A stretch of 64,000 bases of DNA from Octopus sinensis (taxonomy: Eukaryota), in assembly GCF_006345805.1 (NCBI RefSeq), contig NC_043010.1, forward strand, positions 55,428,001-55,492,000, in the 5' to 3' direction. Each line of letters begins with the position of its first letter. Within the stretch, counting starts at the first letter, position 1. Of the stretch, positions 55,653 to 64,000 are shown piece by piece. The translations under genes were made by a program, and so were the position numbers. The notes under the pieces are model-generated. The model was not told the DNA's origin, did no database searches, and was given only the letters and a program-made list of their open reading frames with translations.

Positions 55653-55824
55653 AAAGGAAATGAAGAAAATGCTGACAAAATAATTTAAGTAAGGGAGAGT
55701 GTATTTAATTAGGTGAAAGTTCTTTTGATAAGCATAACAAATGCGCAACCGGTAAAAAGAACTTTCACCTAATTAAATACACTCTCCCTTACTTAAATTA
55801 TTTTGTCAGCATTTTCTTCATTTC

Positions 55825-55828
<4 letters not shown>
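55653..55828. repeat. Perfect 74-bp inverted repeat with a 28-nt loop, next to (TA)n
   Basis: 55653-55726 is the exact reverse complement of 55755-55828. Confidence 0.97.
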
Positions 55829-55897
<69 letters not shown>

Positions 55898-55902
55898 CAT
55901 AT

Positions 55903-56014
<112 letters not shown>

Positions 56015-56075
56015 TATGGATACATGTATATATCCATCATCATCATCATCTTCGTCCTCGTCGTCATTTATTATT

Positions 56076-56205
56076 ATTACCTCCGCTTTACCTCAAGAAC
56101 TGTTGGATGGATTCGGATGAAACTTTCACAGATGTTTGACCTTCTGAGCGTCACGAACTGATTCGATTTTGGGATCGATCCGTTTCCGGACAAGGATTCT
56201 GGATT
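56076..56205 (+). mobile_element. Possible Helentron/HINE (DINE-1-like) remnant
   Basis: attacctccgc start, then ctcaagaactgttggatggattcggatgaaactt; recognised from memory of such families. Confidence 0.35.
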
Positions 56206-56604
56206 AATTGTTATATTTACTTTACTTTACATGATTACGATCTTACGTTCACTTTCAAGTCTTTCTCGATTATTTCCCTTTAGGTTGATATGTAGGCATA
56301 AATGATGTTTCCATATCATTTATGATTAGAAATGATATATTGTAAGGAAAGGAGAAAGATCCTGAAAACTAAGACTTCGTCGAATTTGTAATTTTTTTTT
56401 TCAAAGAATTTTAATGGCATCAGATATTCTCAGGTTGACAATGTTTTTCTTAGATAGGTAACACCTATCTGGACAATATTTTGTAGTTCTGAAACTTTGG
56501 GCAATTTCTTCTACTTCACAAAAATTATTTAAGAGTACTATTTGACATAAACTCAATAACTCTGAACACCACATGTACAATTGTCATTATTGCAGTCCAG
56601 ATTT

Positions 56605-56812
56605 AAGCGGCAAACTGCAGAATCGTTAGCTCGCCGGGAAGAATGTGTAGCGTCATTTCATCCGTCCTTACGTTCTGAATTCAAATTCCTCCGAGGTCTA
56701 CTTTGACTTTCGTCCTTTTGAGGTCCATAAATTAAGTACCAGTCAAGTATTTGGGTCGATGTGATCGACTTACTTTGTCCTCACAAATTTCAGGCGTTGT
56801 GTCTATAGTAGA
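56605..56812 (+). mobile_element. SINE family A
   Basis: aagcggcaaactgcagaatcgttagc...gaggtctactttgactttcgtcc...gtgatcgacttac. Confidence 0.8.
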
Positions 56813-56892
56813 AAGGATTGTAACATTCCACACTTTTGGAAATTTCTGTTTCAAGGTACTTGTAACGATTTAAATTTTGAAATGTTTTACAG

Positions 56893-57298
56893 AAGTGTTG
56901 CGGACTGCTGAGACTGACATAAGTTTGATTAAACATGGGTACGGACCGACTCGAGAGCTGCGAATCGTTACGGACTCGGATTTTCCAGGGCCGCCAAGAG
57001 TGCACCGGACGCCGCCCGAAACGCAACGCTCTACAGGCACCATATCCGATTTCACGGACGCGGTCCTTTACGAAGAAGAGAGAACTCTTACCGGGGCTCC
57101 CGGCAACGTCTCCGGGCTTGCTTGCATTGCCGCTGCTCCGCCCGGCCGCCGTCTTCGATGACGGACGAGCTGCTAGGCGCACGCCGCGTTCCCGCCGCCG
57201 GACGGGCACTCTCCGAGTTCGGGTTCGGGAATATTAACCAGTTTGATTAAGCATGCTTTGTCAATGGGACTATTATTTAACTATTACAGACTACATTT
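56893..57298 (+). CDS. Candidate exon E3 (88 nt once the 28S insert and one TSD are removed): (E)VLRTAETDISLIKHALSMGLLFNYYRLH
   Basis: ttttacag acceptor, TTT|gtaagt donor, frame open across the reconstructed empty site, phase 1 start fits E2. Confidence 0.3.
56938..57239 (-). pseudogene. 28S rRNA: 28S rRNA fragment (D7b region), tailless, with a 16-bp TSD
   Basis: Reverse strand contains conserved LSU blocks ggttaatattcccgaacc, gagagttctctcttcttcgt, ggcggcgtccggtgcact, gaaaatccg, ccgtacccat; flanked by agtttgattaa(a/g)catg at 56922-56937 and 57240-57255. Confidence 0.92.
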
Positions 57299-57493
57299 GT
57301 AAGTAGGGATTCTGCCTTTAGCCTTGCTAACAACTGGTCGCCTCATATCTCAAGAACGTCTTTAGAATTGTTGCATGATAGAAGATTTCACTTTTCTACT
57401 GGTCAATAAATCTTGTCTCAGTTTTAGTGACGTTCTATCTTTTAGGTTGCAATTTGGGTAATATAATTTACATATTTTCTTATTTCTTTTTAG

Positions 57494-57565
57494 GGACAAG
57501 AAATTATACCTTTGAAATATATAATCAACTGTAATGAGATGGTTTTATCCTCAAGCTATGTAAAG
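57494..57565 (+). CDS. Candidate exon E4 (72 nt): GQEIIPLKYIINCNEMVLSSSYVK in phase 0
   Basis: tattttcttatttctttttag acceptor, AAG|gtaagt donor, only frame 0 open; not in phase with E3. Confidence 0.5.
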
Positions 57566-59418
57566 GTAAGTTCCAAATATTATTTAAATACAGACTTTAA
57601 TATACAGATATAAATGTACGTATCTACACGTGTGTGTCTCCATGTGTGCGTGACTGTAACCCAGTGATGTGAGATGTCACTTAACATCTAGAGATGTGAG
57701 AGATGAAATATTTGTTCCATTTCTTGACAGCTGTTTCGAAATTTGTCTCTAGGTATCTCTTCAAACATTTCATAGAGAAAAATATATAGCATACGTGTAA
57801 CTGTGTGCTTGTGTATGTGTCCATGGGTAAGTGTGTGTGTGTGCGCATGTGTGTACGTGCGTGTGTGTGTGATTTCCGTGTCTGTCTTTGTGTGTGTGCA
57901 TGTGTGTGAGGGTACATGTGTATGATGTACGTGTGTGTGTTTGATCATGAATATGTGTCAGTATGCAATATGTAGATTAGAATCCTTACTGATTCAGTGG
58001 TAACAACACTATTCGCATAATTGACGGAAAACTGACGTGGTATCGAACATTGTGTGTGTATATGTGTGCGTGCGTCTCCGTACATATATATATGTGTGTA
58101 TTTACTTGTATGCATTATATATGTACATATATGTATAAATATGTTTTGTTTTTATTTATGTGTATTTGTAAGTTTGTATGAATAAAAAACAGAGTATAGC
58201 AGCAGCTTCAGCACGGAAACACATTTACCCTATCATAAATATTTACCTTTTTCCTGTGTACTGGGTGAGTCCTCCCATCTAGCACTATACAGGCGAAGGA
58301 ACATTGTTACTCTTTACTGTTGTTTGTTTTTTTTAGAAAGAAACATCACAGAATACATTAATAGTTCCATTATAAACATTTCAATTTCTTCTCGTTAAAG
58401 TTCAGATCTCCTATCAGAGACAATATGGCGATAAGAATATTAAATAAGTAGCTGTGAATAATGTTGTTGTTGTTGTTGTTGTTGCTTGTTTTTATAAATT
58501 TATATCATCGACTCTATCAATTTGGGTCAAAAGGTTTTCTCTTCATCAGGAGCAATTATCTTCTTTATACACACACACACTCACACACATTTTAAATACA
58601 AGACTCCGGGCTTGTTTTCATCCACGTTGCTGCTGTTAATGTCGTGGCTCTTGTTATTGCTGTTGTTGTCGTTGTTGTTTTGTCACACTTGTTGTTGTTG
58701 GTGGTGGTGGTGGTTCTGTTGTTGCTGTTGTAGTTGTTGTAGGTAGGGGCGGTGATGGAATCGTTTCGTCTGCTAGTTCCAGATCAAACGGAACGACGAT
58801 CAAATAACTTTGGTCCAAATTTGTGTGATTTTGTGAGCATGCAAAACGTCTGTGTGTGCATGTATGATGAACGCATGTATATATATGTATGCATTTTGCA
58901 TGTATGTATGGATGTATGAATGTATATATATATATGTATGTATGTATCTAAGTGTGCGAGTGTGTGTGTGTGTGTGTATGTGTGTGTGTGTGTAATAACT
59001 TGAATTAGTATAATCATCGGTGTGTATATGTGAATGAGTGACTGCGCCTGTGTCTATGTATATGATCGATAGACATCATCTTGTGTACATGTGTGAGTGA
59101 GAGATAGATAGAAAGAAAAGAGAGGGGGAGAGAGAGTGTGTGTATGTATGTGTGTGTACGTGTGTGTCTGTGCCTGTGTGCCTGTGTTTGTGTCTCTGTA
59201 TGTGTATGTGTGTGTGTGTGTCTGTGTTTATATCTAGGCACCTCTATGTATGTTGGAAAGTATGCCTGTAAATGCTTTTTTGAAATCGTTGTTTTCTCAA
59301 GCGTTTTTTAACGGCGGCACTCGTGAATATGTACGCTTCGCGTATGTATGTGTTCCGGCGTATGCGTGTGTATCCGTCAGTTCGTATTTATGTGAGCGTT
59401 AAACAAAACGTTAAACGT

Positions 59419-59746
59419 CGCCCTTTCCAAGCCTAACCAGGCTCGTGGGCCAGGTTTTCTCGGTTTCTGTGGCGTATGTGTGTCCCCCCCCCACCCACCC
59501 CCAGCTGAACTGGATTCCAGTCCATCTCAGCGTTACTCAAGAAACAGGAAGAGAGAGAGTGAGAGAAAGTTGTGGTGGTGAAAGTGTACAACAGGGATCG
59601 CCACCGCCCCCTGCCAGACCAGAGTCTCGTGGGGGATTTTAGGCGTTTTCTCTCAATAAACACACACAACGCCCCGGTCTAGGAATCGAAACCGCGATCC
59701 TCCGACCGCGAGTCCACTGCCTTAACCACTGCGCCATTGCGCCTCC
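59419..59746 (-). mobile_element. SINE family B, tail type 2
   Basis: Matches 33760-34057. Confidence 0.85.
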
Positions 59747-59935
59747 ATGTGAGTGTAAACATGTGGATAATTACAACTATGAGCAAACATGCCTGGGTGC
59801 ACTTTTATATACCTATTTTGTTATTGTTTCTGTCGACCTGATCGAGGAGACATATGTTCGAAGGCACACGAAAATAACTACCTTTCTTTGTACGGTGTGT
59901 TTGGTGGGGGTCAGTAATATGATATTTAGAGCTGC

Positions 59936-60306
59936 GGAGGCGCAACGGCCCAGTGGTTAGGGCAGCGGACTCGCGGTCATAGGATCGCGGTTTCGATTCC
60001 CAGACCGGGCGTTGTGAGTGCTTATTGAGCGAAAACACCTAAAGCTCCACGACGCTCCGGCAGGGTATGGTGGTGATCCCTGCTGTACTCTTTCACCACA
60101 ACTTTCTCTCATTCTTACTTCCTGTTTCTGTTGTACCTGTATTTCAAGGGGCCGGCCTTGTCACTCTCTGAATATCCCCGAGAACTACGTTAAGGGTGCA
60201 CGTGTCTGTGGAGTGCTCAGCCACTTACACGTTAATTTCACGAGCAGGCTGTTCCGTTGATTCGGATCAACCGGAACCCTCATCGTCGTAACCGACGGAG
60301 TGCTTC
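59936..60306 (+). mobile_element. SINE family B, tail type 1
   Basis: Matches 33053-33432. Confidence 0.9.
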
Positions 60307-60599
60307 CTTAATTTAGAGCTGCATTATCTTAGTATATTCCTCTGTATATGAAAACGTAGTGTGTTAAGAATTTTGGCTGTTATTTCTAGCAGAGGAAGCA
60401 GCCACGCAAATGATACTTGCATGAGTGCGTGCGTGCATGCATGTGTCTGTATACGTGAGTGTATTTGGGCAAGAGTTATTTGAGCATAAGTGTATGTATG
60501 AGAATATGTGTATATCTTTACGTGTGTGTGTATGATGTGTATGAGCACAGATAAGCAAAATGTGTATATCTCGGTATGTGTATATTCGTGTGTGTGTTA

Positions 60600-60828
60600 G
60601 TAGGGGTTGAGCTGGCAGAACCGTTAGCACGCCGGGCGAAATGCGTAGCCGTATTTCGTCTGCCGTTACGTTCTGAGTTCAAATTCCGCCGAGGTCGACT
60701 TTGCCTTTCATCCTTTCGGGGTTGATAAATTAAGTACCAGTTACGCGTTGGGATTGATGTAATCGACTTAATACCTATGTATGTCCTTGTTTATCCTCTC
60801 TGTGTTTAGCCCCTTGTAGGCAGTAAAG
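60600..60828 (+). mobile_element. SINE family A, well-preserved copy
   Basis: gagctggcagaaccgttagcacgccgggcgaaatgc...ggtcgactttgcctttcatcctttcggggttgataaattaagtaccag. Confidence 0.9.
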
Positions 60829-61332
60829 AAATATATATGTATGCAATGTGCTTACAAGTGGGTATGTATATATTTGCAAATGTTTGTGTGAGTATGTGTG
60901 TATATACTGTGCGTTTACTACGTGTATATATATAGCAAAATAAGCAACATAATTTCAAATAGTGATGCAGTTATTTAATCGAACAATGCCATCATTATAT
61001 CAATTTAAATGCAGTGCCATCTTCAGCTGCACAAATTAATAGAATTGTAACCATTAGGAAACATTACTATAATTTTTCTACTATTTCTTAAGAGAGCAAG
61101 ACGATGCTAAGAATAGACTACACTTCCAAAAATCGCTTGAAGCCTATTTGGGGGTTCATAGTGTTGTAAGGGATTGTAATTCATTTCTAATTCATTTATC
61201 TCTCCATCAAGAACTAAATCTAAGACTAGAAGCCTGTGTATATTTTCAATATAGGACAAGAGTGATTTGACAGCTCATGGCTAGGTATGGCCATAAATAT
61301 TATCATATTTGTTAAAATTCTATTTATGTATT

Positions 61333-61420
61333 TGTACTGCTGACGATAGCATTACATTTAAATTGATGTACTGATTGCATTGTTCAATTAAATGGAACCG
61401 CTTGAAACGGTCTACTGCAT
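61333..61420 (+). ncRNA. Decayed type I hammerhead motif (homologue of 42755-42844)
   Basis: CUGACGA-uagc...gcuu-GAAA-CGGUC-UA-cugca; shared middle aaattgatgta...ttgcattgttcaattaaatgga. Confidence 0.5.
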
Positions 61421-61585
61421 CACTTCCTGATATCCTATTGCTTATTTCGATTTTATTCGCCTTATTTCGAGCTGTGCGGATAATACATGGCTAACTTGGT
61501 ACTTCAACTTAAGTACGTAATTCAAATGAATCTCAATTATTTCTTAACTCGTCAACCAAACCTATATGACGCTTCTGGTACAAAC

Positions 61586-61627
<42 letters not shown>

Positions 61628-62599
61628 GCACACGAGCCTTTAGCACAATCATTGTCAAAATGTTTAAGAGATGACCATTCCTAACTTTTGTTTCAAGAAC
61701 CACTGTCTTTGTCCTTTTCTCAGACAGGGGTCTGAAGGGAAATTGACTGTTATTTCTAGCTGCTCCAAAAAGCGTTTTAAAGCCATGTCCCTCATATTAG
61801 TGAAATGTAATTTATCCTTTATGGAAGAATAGGTTAATATCGTAATAAGTCAATGGGTAATGAGCTGTAAAGTTCTGATTATTTAACATTATTCAAATGG
61901 AGACAAGAACGATTCATTAGTTTCATGATCAAGTGTGATCAATTTAGAGAGGATAGATAATCTCGAGAGAGGGGAAAGATGTACGAGAGGGGGGGGGCAG
62001 ACGAGAACGAGATTGTAATGTGTTAAAATTAATCAAAAGGGAATAGTATGTGAAAAGCATATTTTAGCAGTATACGGTGAAAACTCCGACCATATATCCG
62101 TCTTATCAGAATACTTCAGTGTGTACAATACTTCTAGACAAATATGAGTTCCAGTATAAATAGAAATATGGGAAGATTTAGGAAAATATTTATGAGAGTT
62201 TGTATAGTTCGTAAAGTGAAAAAAAATGCGAAAATAGGTTAATACCCGGAGGAGATATGGCATGCATGCTTAAAATGTCGCAAAAGTATAAAGCCAAAGT
62301 TCGGATTTAACGCTGTCTTGACATTTCTCGAATGCAAGTATATGAAGCAAAACTCATAATTATTTCATTGGAGGAAAGGAAAATAGATGTTTAAGTGAAA
62401 TTCTAATAGAGCAAGTATTGCAATAAAATGGACGATATCGACGAGGACGACGATGTTATTGGTTTTCTTGAATTGATCTGTACAAATCACTGCTTTATTT
62501 CTTCTTTCTGTAAAATAAATAACCGGGTTTTCCCTATTTACGTAACCCATTTGAAAGGTGACATATCGAAAACTTCAACGACACTTCAAATTGCTAAAC

Positions 62600-62850
62600 T
62601 GGGTGAGCAGAAAACATTTTAAGGCTGCCTGAACCAATGAAATATCTCATTTCCCCAGCCCTGCGAGGAGAAAAATAAAGAGGTACAACCCTCTCAAAAC
62701 ATGTTAGAAAATCAAAGGATGCTGTACTAATGACATATTCTAAATGAACTATCGCAGTAATATCATCGACAAAAGACAACAGACAAAGGGTCTGTGATAT
62801 CTCTCCTTTTCTCTCGAAGGGAATCTCCCAATCAGTTATCACATCCCCTC
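62600..62850 (-). mobile_element. Decayed RT fragment
   Basis: LCLLSFVDDITAI resembles the YADD motif; weak. Confidence 0.3.
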
Positions 62851-64000
62851 ATGCTCAAAGGATCTGAGTTCATCTCAGTCAACTGCCAAATTCCGAATTC
62901 TTAAAACATCTCTAGGGTGGAATACAGCGATTATCGAAAAGAAGAGGAGGTAACTATAAGAAGCAATGGTTTAAAATATGTAGTTCTTACAATTGGATTT
63001 CGTATAATTTAGAATTAAATTCAAATAAACAGGGAATGTATAGACCTAAATAAATGTTAAAGAAGCAATGTTAAAATAAGCTTTCGGATACCTGACGACA
63101 AGTATGGGCGCCACAAAATGTCCTACTAGGCAGATGCGCAATTACATGCCGAAACGATTCCACGGCCATAAGGCGAACAGCGTAATTATCTCAGGAGCTC
63201 AATTATTTGCTGATTCAAACGAATGGACATCGTTTCTTCTATTGGCATCTACATGACTAACTCTAATAAATATGCATTTGCTGTTACTTTTCAAAAGCAC
63301 ATACGCCCCTGACAGCACAACAAACCATGTGACAAATCGCCTTAGCAAATGCGTTATCAGCCGTACGATTATTGAAATGCCTAGAACGCATTTTAGTGCG
63401 GCTATCACAATTCAATTTCATAGTTACCGATAAGTATGGAAGACAAACGTCAAACGCAAGAGGCCATTAGGTATGAGGAAATATTGTGATTTATTGCTCA
63501 CAGATGTATAAGCGTGTATGTGTGTTTGTCTGCATCTATGTGTTTGTGCCTCTGTGTGTGTGTGCCTCTGTGCGTGTACGTGTGTGTGTGTGTGTGTGTG
63601 TGTGTAAAGTGTGTGCGATAGAATTTTCTATTGATTTTGACTGGTATTGCAGAAAACTTTCCAAAACCATACATGAAACCATTTCGTGTGCAGACATTTT
63701 TAATTAGGATTTGGAAAGGAGTGTAATATTTGATTAAATATTTTTTTTTGAGGAACTGCCAGTGTTAGCACGAACTGAGAGAGAAAAGGTGGGGGGAGAG
63801 GGCGTGGGAAAGAGAGGGAAATAGAGGGAAAGAGAGGTGCGGAATGGAATTTGATTACTGCGCAATTGACAGTTTCCTATGACTGTCAATCTCCTTGACA
63901 TGATGAAATTGCAGACACATTTATACACACATGTGTGTTCATGTATGTATCTATAAAAGTATGTATATATCCTTACGTATTTGTTTTAGTATTTCGCCAA

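Noticed and set aside
56790-57237. GC-rich ORFs and a functional rDNA unit
   Set aside because: The ORFs are read-throughs of the 28S fragment; no 18S, 5.8S or rest of 28S is present
59830-59885. CUGAUCGA...GAAG hammerhead-like string
   Set aside because: Right half is non-canonical and stem I cannot be paired

Overview
AT-rich, microsatellite-saturated animal genomic DNA. The SINE families point to a cephalopod, probably Octopus (inferred, no search run). The window looks intronic or intergenic and has one 100-N gap at 44102-44201. No intact long gene is present; nearly all ORFs in the track are translations of microsatellites. Supported features: about 30 tRNA-type SINEs of four families, several decayed LINE fragments (RTE, CR1-like, and four RLE-type copies, three next to (AAT)n), a DNA-transposase remnant, and a 302-bp 28S rRNA retrocopy with a 16-bp target-site duplication. 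Four short + strand exon candidates have compatible phases for the first three; the third is interrupted by the 28S insert. Main signal: several unrelated short non-coding elements carry type I hammerhead-ribozyme motifs with different but palindromic or near-palindromic stem III sequences and mostly end in (TA)n. At several loci they occur as head-to-head fold-back pairs (about 900-bp palindrome at 45.8-46.7 kb, perfect 74-bp arms at 55.65-55.83 kb, an older pair at 54.1-54.7 kb). This fits a Penelope/retrozyme-like, (TA)n-associated mobile RNA system. All folds were paired by eye and no ribozyme activity is shown. SINE and LINE boundaries are approximate.
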